DNA from: Catajapyx aquilonaris
Taxonomy: Eukaryota
Assembly: GCA_000934665.2 (NCBI GenBank)
Contig: JYFJ02001620.1
Location: 1-64,000, forward strand
Length of the DNA stretch: 64,000 nt
Reading direction: 5' to 3'
In this document: positions 27,426 to 41,500 of the stretch, piece by piece
How the letters are laid out: the number at the start of each line of letters is the position of its first letter
Position numbering within the stretch: position 1 is the first letter of the stretch
The notes under the pieces: generated by a model
What the model was told of the DNA's origin: nothing
The model's database searches: none
The model's input: the letters and a program-made list of their open reading frames with translations, nothing else
Program-made: the position numbers and the translations under genes

Positions 27426-30400
27426 TTATCGAAGAATCAGAAAGCCTAACATTAAACTTGTACAAGTAACGACGATATGACCAGGTAAATTCTCATTGGC
27501 AGAGCTGGTCGTGGCTGGTGGAAAGTGAATATTAGAACTGCATTCCACAACTTCTCTGATATTGTTCTGGTTCACCAACTCCAGTTGGTTTGCCGGTACG
27601 TATTTATCAACTCGAATAAACCCTGTCGTTTCATCCTGAAAAATGACAACGGTTATTAGTTCTCTATTGTTAAAACTCTCTGCAGAGTACACGCGCAAAA
27701 AGGAACGTACGCTAATGAGGACGTTGTGAGATCCATGGTACGGGACGCTGGGCTTCACCAAGGCGTCTGACACCATACCCATCTTCATGACGTTGCCGAT
27801 CAGGAACATGGCGTTATCCACATCTTGTTTCTTTTTCTTGGCACTCATCACTACAAACTGTGCCAGGAAAAAGAAGAGTGAGTGACGCAATTACTCCCCT
27901 AAAAATTAACCCAACACTTACACGCCTGGATGTAACTGCGCCCCAATTGCAATCGGTCTGGGAATGTGGATCCACCGAGCTGTTCCACGGACATACCCAA
28001 ATGTATTCACTGCCTGCAATAAAAAAAATAGAAAAATGGGAAATCAAAGAACTGGACAAAATTAATGGCCGACAATCCCCGACATACTCCTGCCAAATTA
28101 CTATAACAGTGGAATCTAGCGTATTCTCACTTTCATTTCTTGATCTTTAGCTGCGCCAAGGAATTACAAAGGACATAATGCGTAATGATACAGACAACAG
28201 TCTAGAATCTAAAGGTCATCTTGTCTAGAAGTGTCATTTAGTCTCGCAGCGTAGTTACAGAGGCAATGGCCTTCACGCCCAAGAACAAAGTATCCTGAAA
28301 GGTATGCGTCCCTCCGCACGTCCTTCCTTTTACACTGAAGCCATATGTGTTCACGCAATTTTAATGTAAACTCTAATCGAACTAGATACAGTAGACTGTA
28401 GCAATGGGTCCCCCAAAACGAGTTATGTCCTCGAAAGGGGCTTCATAATAAATAAATAAATAATATAAGACTGTATAGAAATGGAAGTGCCACATAGGCT
28501 GTGGTAGTGATACAGATACGTTACTGTTTGCTTAATCATTATTATCTCAATAACGAGGCTTCGAATACCACTATTCTACAGATTTATAGTGCCTATAAGA
28601 ACTCACTCAAGAATAAATTACAAAACACCCTTTGTGGTTGAGGCGACCTGATACACACCTGCAAAACTGGGAGACTCAGTTCCAGTGTAGTTGTGGATAA
28701 AAGCAACGTCTCCTAACCCGGATTCCAAGCATTCCAGAGCCAGCTGATCAGGTGTTGAATCAGTGAAGTTCGATGCCGGGCAAAGCGAATTGTCTGTTAA
28801 AGATTAATCGGTGTCAATCATTTATTATCATACGGTATATTATTATTATGTGTAAGTGCTGTACTGTACCTTCTCCGTCTTTACATGCCCTGCACAGGTT
28901 GTCTGGATGGCCAAAGGCTGAATCATTTGAAAGATGATGGCCATACACGCAGCTCTCGTTGAAAAAGCTCTTTAGTAAATTTTCCAGGCCGCATGTTTTT
29001 CCAATATAGCCTTGTGCTTCCAGGATTCTTAATGGCATGTTCCACCCTAAGGGGCAAGAGTTTCAATATACGTTTAATAAGAAGGATTTGAGCGCAACTA
29101 ACTTCTCACCAAAATCATTTTCTCCGTGGCTGATATGGCACGATCGCTTTCGTTTCAGGTCCTCAATGAAGCGGATACCTGACGACTCCTTAACCAAAGC
29201 TTGGATGTAGTATGTAACATGCGGCTCATTACCAGTCATTATTATTTTGTACTCTCCAGTCCTAAAAAGTAAAACCATACGCTGTGGTGAAGAATAATCT
29301 CTAGAAAAGCTGTATTCTTACTGCTCTGCTAAGCTAGACAGTCCGGAATCGACTATGGCCATGTCCACTTGTCCACTCTTGATCATGTTTAGGCAACTGA
29401 CTGGGGAATTGCCCACCACACAAATCAACTGCAACGAAGTCTGGCACTGACCGTTGACAGCCATGCTGAATTCCTCACATTTTTCTTTCTCCAACTCGTC
29501 AATTACACACATGCTTATGTTATCAGTTTTTCCGCAGTCTGGGTACTCGAATTTGAAGGTGTATCCATCTTAGGAAGAAATACAACAAAATTAATTTTGA
29601 GAATATACCTGAATCGTTTCCTGTCTTGATAAAATTAGAATTCAACAATTAGCTTAATTAACAAGTAGATTTGCCATTTTCATCCAGATTCCAACTTACT
29701 ATGTTGGGCATATGCCAAGGGCTCCATCATTGTTATATCTCTTCCCTTTTCCTGCACTGAATGCAACTTTTCCCTGGGCTTAATCTGATTTTGGAATGTC
29801 TTATTGGTGAAGTCCAGGGCCTCTTGATCAGAAGATCCGAGGGTTGTTTTTAGCTGGTTCTTCAAGCTGTTCAGCTTCTGCCTGCAATCCCACATGGCAA
29901 TCACGTTTAGGTCCCCCCTTCCTTTCTACACACAGTATATTTTACCCGTAGCCAAGTAGAAAACTCACTCTCCCAAGGCCTTTTTGGCCAGAAACACAGG
30001 CCAAGGTTTCGAGCCCCAGTCGCACATCCGAGGTGTATCCGACAGATCCAAGTCCTCTAGAGCTCCGTCCATGCACAACACTCGGTACTTCTGGAGGTCG
30101 GAATGCTGGAAACGAGGACATTTATCGTCAATGCTCCTTGTTAAACACTCAAATAAGTGCGGGCTTACATCCTTGAACCTGTGCCTTATTTTGGAAGCTT
30201 TGACCCAGGCCACGTCGCCGCCAGCTTTGAGACACTTGAAAGGATCTTGAGCTTCTACAGCGGAAGGTGTTAGCTGCTTGCTAACACATCTGGTCTTGTT
30301 CGGGCAAGCGTCGCACAGACGATCGCCATACTTTGCTCCTGGAGAGTACATAATCTTTGTCGAATACAGTTCATTAGCTGATGAGGCGGACAATTTGGAC

Positions 30401-31692
30401 TTACTTAAGTATGTTTCACTGGTGTTGTCGAATCCCCAGACGCCAGGGACACAAGCTGATCCAAAAGTGTTGAAGAGCGAATGGAATTCCCTTTCGAGTC
30501 GACTCATTTCGTCCTGGCAAGGCATGGGCACCACTTTTGCTTCTTGAAGCTGGCATAAACACGGAATGCATCCAGAGTTAAATAAAATGTTTCAGTGTGA
30601 TAAACGACTTGATTGCTTTGCCACGCCCACCAGTCCAAGTATGGTCCTCGTGGTGCTGTACACTAATTGGGCGGGGTTGTCCGTCGCTTCACCTTTCCTC
30701 AGGGAGAAGTTTGGGAAGCAGGCCTTCTTGCCCTGCAGGTCATCCAGCTTACTGATCTCAGATTCGGTCCGAACCACCGCTACCATCCTCTCCTGGAAAG
30801 CTCCTGAAAAAACATCCAGTTGACTTCAAACAAACAAACATTGCCTTTTATACATGTATATACTGTAGATAATGTACCTGGTTCGTGTACTTCTGCCAAA
30901 ACGACGATGTTGTCCGAAAAGAAGGTTCCAGCGACGACCACATCTTCTGGGTATATCGTGAAGGTGACATCAGCACCATCGTTGGCCACTTTTTTCAAAC
31001 AGTCCATTCTGGAACGCAATAGCAGGTCGATCAAACGTGACATTAATAATTATTATCACAAAAGAGGAGTGTCCCCTCTGTTTATTTGCGAATTGTGGCC
31101 CGGCTATTACACTTTTTTTTCCGTGTTGGCGAAGGTCGCATTTGATTGTCCTTGAAAGCAGGGCGTGCCATCGAGCCCTCTGATTAAACCGTCACGGCAT
31201 ACGAATTCCGCCATATATGCAGAGCGCCAGGGTAATTAAAGGGGTAAAGCTTCATCTGCTCTATGGTGTAATAGCTCTCTTGCCGCTCTTCCGAGTTGAC
31301 TCACTCGCCAGCACGATGCACACGAGTAATTACCCCTCCTCGACCACAGACAGCGTAAAATTTCTTGCCCATTATTACTCAACAATTCATTCACTCACTC
31401 ACCTCGAATCTCCTTCGATGCATTTCAGGTGGATTCCAGAGTGCGCCAATCGTTCTGCCAGCTTGTTGCAGAAGTAGATTATCGTCGCGTATTCTCCTGG
31501 ATGGTTGTCTCTCACGCATATTACGACTATAGATGAACACAGATATGGAAAAAAGTACCGTTTGTTAGGACAGTTTGTTGCAGTTGAATATTAGTTGCAC
31601 GGGTTAGCGATTCCTAATCAAATTATTGCTAGGATTCAGCTCATTTAATTTTCAACAGTCAATTTCTAATAATAGCATAAAAGTATAGCTTC

Positions 31693-31761
<69 letters not shown>

Positions 31762-34119
31762 CTTGAAAAATGAATGATCTAGCAATATGTCGTGCCAGTT
31801 GCTGCGTTAAAATGATTATGCGTACATTTTTCAGATTGTGTCGCTCGTCATGTGTTATCAGAAAATGCAACTCTGGGCTCCATTTTCGCCTTTATGTTAC
31901 AAATGGGGAGTATTCCAGTTCTTGTACGAAAGGAAAAAAGAAGAGGAAGAAAAAAACTGGAGTCTGGCCAGACATTTCTGTGACGTGTGTCAGAAGTGTG
32001 TTTATGCCATCTTCCCATCCAGTACCACACACTATTGCCCCCAAACATAGGGTCTTAGTGATCACTGATAATAGTTTCGCTTGTTGAAATCATAATATCT
32101 GATGGACACCCCTCCAACTGACCAACTGTACGGAATGCAGTATGGGATTCCGCCCATTAGAGAGTTCATTCCTCGTGCTGCACACCATACCGGATATTAT
32201 CTTAAAATCATGTCTACTGACTATTTATTGCTCTAAGCTAGAAATAGTGCATGGTATTTTGTAAGATTTGAGACGGGCAGACGCCCAATGATAGCACAGA
32301 TTTTCAAAAAACGATTAGTATTCCTAAAGAAAATACTTTCTGAACCACTAGAAAGTTTAAATAGGCAATGTCTGAATTACTATTCAAGGATTGAGTCAGT
32401 AAATAAAACAGGTTGGGGCCCTCTGCTGGACTAGGTATTTAGAGATGTGAGATGTTCATGGCAGTATTGCATGCCAAACAGCGATAAAATTAATATAAGA
32501 GATTTATAGGATGGCATTAGAAAATACAAAATCATACATAGCGTACATTACCAATGGATCTCAAACGGGCAGGAAAAGTATCAAGACTTACCTGTCAATG
32601 CGACAAGATTAATAGCCTTTAAGAAATGGGTCAGTGGTATTTTGGATACAAGGTTATAAAATAAGGATATATACGTATACTGAAAAGATTAGTACATTAT
32701 ATAATTACCGGCATGGTTTGTAACTCTGTATATCATTATGTTGTTTGAATATGTATTCTTAAAAATGACAAGATATAACAATGCTGAGAGAAGTTCCCAA
32801 AAGTTCAAATATTCTATTGCTCTAAGCTGATTAATTTTCTGGCCTAATCAATATTTCTTTTGTGTTACAAGTATTCCCTGCAGCAGTATACAGTGTGTCA
32901 GAATAAATTAATGTAGCTATCTGCATACTGCGGGGCAGCATTAATACTGACGTTAATGTGATATTTTACGTCTGCTGGATTATTCTAACAGTATATTCGT
33001 GTATGTAACCAAAAAGTATGGCCCATTAAATATACCAATTAAGGGCGGCCTTAATTGCGGCTTAGTGCTTTACGTGCTTGGCATGCACACTATAGATTAC
33101 GCTCTGCAGCATAATGTGTTACATCAGATTATGTCCCTTTCGGCAAGTGCCATCCTCAGCGAATATCTCGGATTCTTATGCTAATTGGACTACAGACTGC
33201 ACATTTAGTAGGAATAGGGTGTTATTTGGTTGGTTTGTGTTAAAAACACATTATTTTAATATAATCTCATAAGTCTTCACATCGAAGCAAGTAAGAGTCA
33301 ATTAATCATGGCCATGCTGAATGATTGAGTCTATACAGGGAAGTGGTGGCTGATTATTTAACAACAATTTGATTACAGAGATTCCCCACCGAAAGAAGTG
33401 CCATTGTCAAAGATAAATTATTGCTCTAGGCAGTGTGCTATACTTAGCCTTCAATATTTCTATTTACGTGCACAATCTACGCACACAAACAATGCGCACT
33501 ACCAGCCATGATGGCGTAACGCGTCCGTCAATCTTTTTAACCTTCGTAAAATATATAAAAGTGTAAATATTGTCACACATAAAGTACCGTATACTTGTAG
33601 GAACACAAATGCTTATAGATAATATTTCAAGCTTATATTTCATTAATTTGTAACGCGCACTACATATTTTATTGAAGAAATTGTCCTTGTCTTTTCACAC
33701 TCCAATCCTATTTTTTTCTGTTCGACTTTTATAATATAATCACACTAGCTTACCTTCAAATTTTGACAGAAATATGATAGCAAATTGAACAATTATTAAG
33801 TAATCACGTAATTTAAAAATAAATTATAGTTTTCTACCTCATGCAACATATAATAATACTACGCCACATTATGCAGCCAAATCAAACCTCATTGCTAAAA
33901 TATTCCAGTATTAGATATTTTCCAAGTAAGATAGGGCTCAAATGATACCATCATCTATACCTTCCAAAATAATATACAACGACTGCCACACTACCACCAC
34001 AAAAAGGCGCAAAAGTGTTGGAAACTGGATGCAATATACTCACATTGATCTTCTGCCAATACACTAGCCAAAAGCCACCAAACCAGGAATCCAACTCCTG
34101 CTAACCGAAACCCCTCCAT
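27426..34119 (-). CDS. Tf-C: divergent two-lobed transferrin paralog with signal peptide and GPI-like tail; iron ligands largely lost; ~15 exons
   Basis: MEGFRLAGVGFLVWWLLASVLA signal; FVICVRDN...LKCIEGDSR (~31403-31526); ADVTFTIYPED; GKKACFPNF; FGSACVPG; CDWGSKPWPVFL; VDMAIVDSG; TYYIQALV...KRSCHISHGENDFGW; LECLESGLGDVAFI; CNWGAVTSRR; ends HIVVTCTSLMLGFLILR*. Confidence 0.88.
31693..31760. repeat. (AAT)n microsatellite, ~22 units, in Tf-C intron 1
   Basis: Perfect AAT run read directly from the sequence. Confidence 0.97.
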
Positions 34120-35589
34120 TTGGCCTTTTATCCAGAAAAAAATGACCGCCGTTTCAAACTTCCCAACCAACACGCAGTGTCAGTTGTGCCAGTCAGTGTG
34201 TACCATCTCGCGTGTTCTTCCTTCAACGCATCCAGTACTGGAAATAACACCCACGAACTAAATATTTCGGAAGCACGTGAGCTCCCATCCTGATCTTTTC
34301 CCCCCCTTTTTTCGGTGTTTTTACGTGACCTTCAAAGTCCATGTTTAGGCCAAGGGCAGCTGAAGTTTTCGGCTTTGCATTGTAGTAACCGACATGTTTC
34401 GCTCGCGGATAAGTTTGATACATTTTTCAATTTTGATGTGAAACCTCGTTTCCCCTTTTTGGCCGTTAGATCCAAGGACATGGGGGGAAGTTGGTATTTT
34501 TTTTGTTTCCTTGCGAGGCTAGGGATGAGCACAAAAAAATTATGGACATGCACCCTGCCCAAAAAGTCGGGAAATGACTGTGGTTAGTTGTATCTGGTAT
34601 CTTAATGTGAGGGCATTTGAAGAAACACAGGCACACACTTTTGACACAGACTGGTTTAACACTCGGAACACTTTGTCAGCGGATTATTCATTTAAGAGAG
34701 CTATTTGCTCTCGTTTCACATACATCTAATGACAAAATTATGCAACTTGTCATTACGCAATAATTAACGCCAGTGGCAAGCAAGTTTGATCTTTTGCTGA
34801 TAACCAACTCGTTCCCAAGACATGATACACACCTTAAGATTTTGAAATACTTGACCATGAAACTAAAGCAAGGTTGCAAGCCTTACGTGTATAAATAATA
34901 AGCTTCAATCGTGTTATTAAGGCCCAAATTAAACATGTGAACTTCATAGCATTGTTTTCCTGGCACGTGCCTGAAGCAGATGTTTGGTTGAAAATAAAGG
35001 GTTGATGCACAGTTTATAACTTAACCAGTGTCTTTTATACCATATGCAAGATGGCACAGTCCTGTACTCTACCTAAAATAATGGGCGGTGTCAAAACTTA
35101 TGATCTACCAGTTGGAAAGCTCATGAACCACTGACTGTCAGAAGTAATAAATTTCTCTTTAAGCCCCCGTTATTTATTTTAGGCAGATTACCATCCTGAA
35201 TAATGATGAAGTTCACGTAACTTGTTACACAAATCGGAAGTAATATTGATGACGTCAAAATAATTATAGATTCCTTCAAGTGTGTTGCGTGAGTAATTAA
35301 ATTACATGACGCCATCGATGCAAGATGGCTATCTTTCCGTGATATAAAGCTGACTAAAGCTTGTTGTGAATGTTTGTGACGGACATTTACATGCACACTA
35401 ATAATGTACAAATGTTTTATTTATTAAAGATGTACATCTAACTCTTGCCGCAGGCTTTTGTGCGAGCATTTGTGTCTTCAGGTTCCATATAATCTCTGCA
35501 ATGTACCATATCTTATTTGTAGCGCACAGATGGCACACACTCGTGCTCACACATATAATTTTTTTTCTTTGTATTGAGGATTCCTTTCA

Positions 35590-38500
35590 TCAAACAAGTC
35601 GAGCCATCATTGCGATAATCACAGGTAGGATTGTCCAGTAGGTGGGACACAGCCCCAGGGCACCATTGCAGTTCCTAATCTCCTGGACCATTCGCACGTA
35701 ATCGTCGTCCAGCGTTTCCAAGTAAGTGCTGCCTTGCAACACGTTAACGAGGGCCGTTGAGGAATCCTGGGGAAGAGAAAATTTCTGACTTCCTGTCGAT
35801 GTAGATAGACCAAGGGAAGGGTGGGGGAGAGACGAGTAGATGGGAGGGGAATGCAGGACTTAATTTCCTGGTATAGGGACACACACACAGGGCAGCAGGC
35901 AGGGGGGGAAGGGTATAGGAAGGAGGAAATTACCTTGAAGAGCAGGTCGGACTGGCCTGCGAAACTTCCGAACAGCTTAAAGGCTGATTGCTGGGGACCG
36001 AAGAAGTCCGAGGCTCGAAGGAGCGCCAATCGTATGTTTTCCATTTCGTGAGCGTCTTTTGAACCTCGGGTCATAACCTCAGGACAGAATGAGTCATTCC
36101 ATTAATTTTCGTGAGACAGCAAAAGGTGGACCTGTCCTTCATTGTATGATACGTTTGTCTTTTTTTCCCCCGTACATCAAAGGGTGGTTGCTCTCATTTT
36201 CTCACTGCTTTCGTATAGGTAATCTACACCTAGATTACAGCGACAGTTTGGGTGTTACAACCAATCTCGAAAATTGCTGCAATTAGTCACCATAGTAACT
36301 GCCAAACTTCTGGTACAATCTTTGGTTATAAACAGATGGGGTCGAAAAAAAAGTGACATTCCCACTTGGGACACTTTCGAGACAGTAAAGAAATGCGGCA
36401 GATCATGCAGCCATTAAATATATAACACAGTGTAACAAGTCAGCTTCAACCAGCCTTCATGTAAAGGATTGTATTGCAAAACTTAATGTAGTGTGTAAGA
36501 ATGCAATTTTCTCCCACAACTTTGTATTTAAGTTTAAAATAAAGTTCATTCCACATGTTGTATATACTCATACAAACTTCTTGAACTCCATAATTTCCTT
36601 AAAAGTATCGCAGGTGCAGGTAATATTCTACTATATTTTTGCCATTCACCCCTTTAAATTAACTATCATCAAGTTTATAAATATTGTTTCCTAACCTGTA
36701 TATCAACAGGTAATTATTTAATTGGTTTAAACAGATGATACCAAATAGAAAAGGTGAATAAACGGTTAGTAAACCTCCGTCCAAGCCTCCATCCGGCAAG
36801 GAGATGTGCTAATATTGCAATATCTTTATAAGCACACACACACCAGGTGTACCGAAGTCACGAACAGGATGTTGCGTGTGGTAGGCTATACCTTATGTGC
36901 AGGTACGCGTCCCCAGTGGCAGGAAGCATAATTGCCCACCGGCATCGTGCCTCCGTCTTTACACAGCAAGGAAAAGTCCTCAGATCGCAACCCTCTAGAC
37001 CAGCTCGCATTATTCATGCCATCTGCAAATAATAAAAAAGGGTCAAGTGCAATGGAGCAGGTCACAAAAGGAGCGAATCTGATGTTGAATATTCTTGACA
37101 TGTTTATACCTGTGTTGGAAGGCACAGTGACGTGCTTCACAAAAGCAACGTCTCCTCCGCCTTGAACCAAACACCTAAAGGCACCAGTGTAGCTGTAGAA
37201 GGCTTCGCTGCTGTCTGCTGCACACTTGGAAGGTCCTCCTTGGTACAGCGGAATATTCTGCGAAGAATGCCCTCCTGGTGGTGGCACTGCAAAAAATGTT
37301 GCCATTATAATATTTTAAAAGCCGCCTTCAAATTTATTTATTATCGTTATATGTTTAATACTTTCTCTCACCAATGACATCTTCACCTGCACACAAGGCG
37401 CACATGCTATCTGGATTGTCCCTGTCCGGATCGTTCTCTGGCAGCTTGACCCCTGGAACGCAACTCTGGGAGAAAAAGTCGCCCATGGCTTTTGCGAAGT
37501 TGCAGTTGGTCGGAAATATGAGTCCCTTCTCTCTCAGCACGTAAACGGGTATGTTCCAACCTTTCAAGAGTGAGTATGTGTAACATGAGTAATTAGCGTC
37601 ACTCCAGACACGTTTCGAGGGTATCGATGAAGTCTGTACCTGCCGTTCTGCCGTAACCAGTGTGGCAGGACTTCTTATTATGCAGGTCTTGAACGGTTCG
37701 GATGCCTGATCCGGATCTAATTACTGCCACAGCGTAATAAGACGCGTCCAGATTTCCATACTGCTCCGAGAGAATCGGGGTCAGCTTGTACTCCCTGAAA
37801 GTAATGCAACATGTTAGTTTGGATCCACACTTTTGTTGGCTGTTTTTGTCCTTTGTGTCATGTTAGTTGTTGCGAGGTTAATGTAAAACTATCTGGTTAT
37901 TGACCTACCTGCCAGCACTGTAAACCAGGCCGGCGTCTAGGGCTATGACGTCCGCTACTCCGTCCTTGATCTTCCGCATGCAGTCCACGGGCGAGTCTCC
38001 AGAAACACATCCAATTTCGGGCCGAATCCTCCGGGCAAAGGCAGCCAGTCGAAAGGCCTCACATTTTGACTTTTCGGCCAAGCTCGTAACGCAAAACTTC
38101 ACGTTGTCTTTGTTTCCTGTACAGCTGGGCTTCTCGATGGTCAAAGTGTAGTTGGCTGTAAATTGAACACATTATAGTAACAGGCCAGAGGATAAACAAT
38201 CGCAATAACCAAAAAAGGTTGTCATATCTTTGCAAATTTCAGTTCCTTGTCAACTTATAATATGCACATGCTTTAGTTGATTTCCGTACTTTATTCTCCA
38301 TTAAATGCAGCTAGCATTGTGAATGCTAGGAGGTATCCTGTTGGATATGCAAGTCGTCTACCACCCACGGCAGACGAGTTGCCTATAATGCAGGATATAC
38401 CCAACCATTCATATACATTAGATTGGCGGAAAGGCCAAAATATCTTCAATAAACTCAAAATTATTATTATTTGCAATTGCCAACATGTAAACCCAAATCT

Positions 38501-41500
38501 GGCGCACATTTTGTACACTTTTGCATATTAGAACTCCAACTGTGAGAATACAAATTGCTGAAATTCCAAAAATTAACTTAAAATTTGAAATTTTCAACAA
38601 ATTTTGACACTAGTGCTAATTTTAATTTTTTACAGCTTTTCAACTGACCTTTGTCCAAGTATGTGGCTGTTCCAATGGGATTGACAGGATTGATGTCAAT
38701 GTATTCCGAAGAATCAAACTCCAGGACATTTGAATACCATTGAAACGATTTAGGATTCGTGGCGCCAATGGTTCGCACCTTATTTATCTGCTCCTGCAGG
38801 TCCATTATTGCTTGCCTGCAACAAAGCACATCGGTTTTATTACAATAAGTGCAGACCGATGTATAAAGAAAATATGTGGTTGTATTAATTGATGCAGTTA
38901 TGTCGCATTACCTTTCCATACTTTTACGGGTTAGGAAAGCCGTCCATGGTCGCCCTGCCCACATGCATGGGAACAGTGACGTCAAAGGCTGACTGTGTCC
39001 GTCTGGACACAAAAAGCTATAATCTGAAGTCGGTGCATTTGCTCTAGTTACCGGAACTGCAAGCTGTTACAAACTGTCATTATTACCATGCACTTTTTAA
39101 CCAGGAAAAATGCAAGGGTTCAAAAAAGTTGTAAAATTGTACCCCAAAGTACTGCTTGACGACTTCCAACTTGGTCCAGGCCACGTCGCCGTCACCTTCA
39201 GCCAGGCATCGGAGAGTGCCGATATACCCTGCGTACCTGTCGTTTTCGTTGCACAGGGTAGGGTTGTCGCAGTTTTCACAAAGAGTGCGGTACTTCTCCT
39301 CTGAGGAATGATCGTGTTAAAAAAATAAGCTGTGACAATGACGGCCATTTACACATCACCGACTGAGGAAACTGGATCCAATCCAGACCCGGTCGAGATC
39401 GAGTCCAGTTTCCGTGCGTAAATGAACCCAAACTTACTCATTTGGACGTCTGTTGCAATGTCCGGTGTCCACGACCCGGGCACGCAGGACCGTCCAAAAA
39501 ATTCGGAGACTGACGCAAGTTCTCTCTCAACGTAGGTCATGCCCTCGTCGCACTTTTGCGTCATGTATCCCAAGCTCATCAGCTGCAAAGAAAAGGAAGC
39601 TCGTTAAATCCGGACCTAATCTTGAGTGCTGTAGTTGGCAATCGCACCTTTGGAATTGGAACCTGCCAACCGGTGGTCCTTCCGAATCCAGTGTGACAAG
39701 ATTTCCGGCCTCGAAGATCCTGGATGCTTTTGATCTTGCTGGAATTCTTGATTACTGCCACAGCCTCATATCGATACTGATCTGTTACGATAAGTAAAAG
39801 GGACATCTTGATGATCACACAACCACTTCATTTTAATTGTCGTCAAAGCTTGCTATGTGATGAATGAACCTTTTCAGAAGTAAGGATTGTATATACAAGC
39901 CTCTGATGTCTTTAGTTCGTAGGCTATAGAAGCCCCAATGGATCCAACATAATAAAGCACTCCCGTCACGTAAACACATCTATACAAAAATCTTGGCTCA
40001 GTGTTTTCATCATACGTTACGACACGAATGGCATATCACATTTCGCAAAAATTGTGGCCTCTGCCCCGGCCATTCTTCTACCCTTGAATAAAAATAACAT
40101 GCATTTTGTGGCGTTTGGAATTCTTTCCACGACCATATCTCGCCCCTTCCAGCCGGGAAATTCCAGGGCACGATTCCAGCATCCATATCCTTCCTAGTAA
40201 GCGACATTTCCCCCCCCCCCCCTTCCCTTCCTCCTACATCGAAGACAGTGTATAACAAAGGAGGGCTATGCTAAGAATTTTTGGCCTGTGTGGGTCCCTC
40301 ATCATATGCAACAACAAATATAAAAAAAGTACGCTCGATAACTCCCCGAGATTCAAACGACGCTGACCTTTAATGACATGGGGAAAGGGGAGGGAGCTTT
40401 TGCAAATTGACGTCTTCCGTAATTGAATCTTCGCGAAATCGTGCAGTGAACCGGAGTTCATGTGTCACTTGTCAGAATTGGGCCGCCTTTGTACGAGTGC
40501 ATTTAGACGTCGTAACAGTTCGTAGAATTTATTAAACGGCGCCTCGTGTGCGTGGACTCTCTATCGACCAGTCAGAGCAAATAGAAAAAAAGGTAGGCAG
40601 GGAGTAGATGCAATCATACTATGATTGGCATGTATATGTGTCTTCAGTGAGGTAATCTCGTGGAAGGTCACTCCAATAGTTACTCGTACATACTGATTTA
40701 ACTCGCCCAAGTCACGCTAGAATCATTGTTGAACTATAGGTGCAGCCGGATCGTGCTGGTTCAATTGAGACAGGATGTGTACTTGGAAATAACAGTGGCT
40801 GAAAAAGCTTGCAAAATACACTGAATTGACCAATAGAACAATAGAGCAAGGTAGAAAAACCGTACAGGAAAAAACTCTGTGCATAAAATTTCAGATATGC
40901 AAATATGTTTTATATCCTTCATTCACTATTCTATAGACCAGGATTTCTCAACCGGGGTTCAGCGAGCAATAGTGATAAAAGGCTAATGATATGTAGGCTA
41001 TTCATTTATTTTATTTTTATTTAAGTTACCCCGTTATTGGGGCAGAGCCCCTTTAGGGGGAAATCATAATTATGTAGGCTAAATGCATTTTAGGTATTAA
41101 TTAATACAGTATATAATAATTTTTATATCGGGGTTCCCTGAGACATGAATATCATTAATCAAGGGTCCCCCAAAAAGAAAAAAAATATTGAGAAACCTTG
41201 CTATAGACCTATAATTTGATGCATATACCGCACCAGATTAATTGCTTGCGCAGAAAACGGCGGAATTTGTTCGTCATCAACCACGAGCTTATTAATTATT
41301 AATAAGAGACAGATTGAAGTTCGTACAAATGACAGTTGAAAGGTGATGGAACCGATCTCATCGACATGTGCACATTGCCATTCAAAATTCATAACCTTGG
41401 GCTTCGACCTTTGTTCTATTATGTTAGTGACTCACCAGCCTGCCTGGCCAATTGTCGGATTTCTTTAATAACCACCATCTCGTCTCGATATGTAGTCGCA

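Noticed and set aside
39367..39413. 10-bp inverted repeat GGAAACTGGA/TCCAGTTTCC in a short Tf-D intron
   Set aside because: A single small hairpin with no TSD or known RNA motif.
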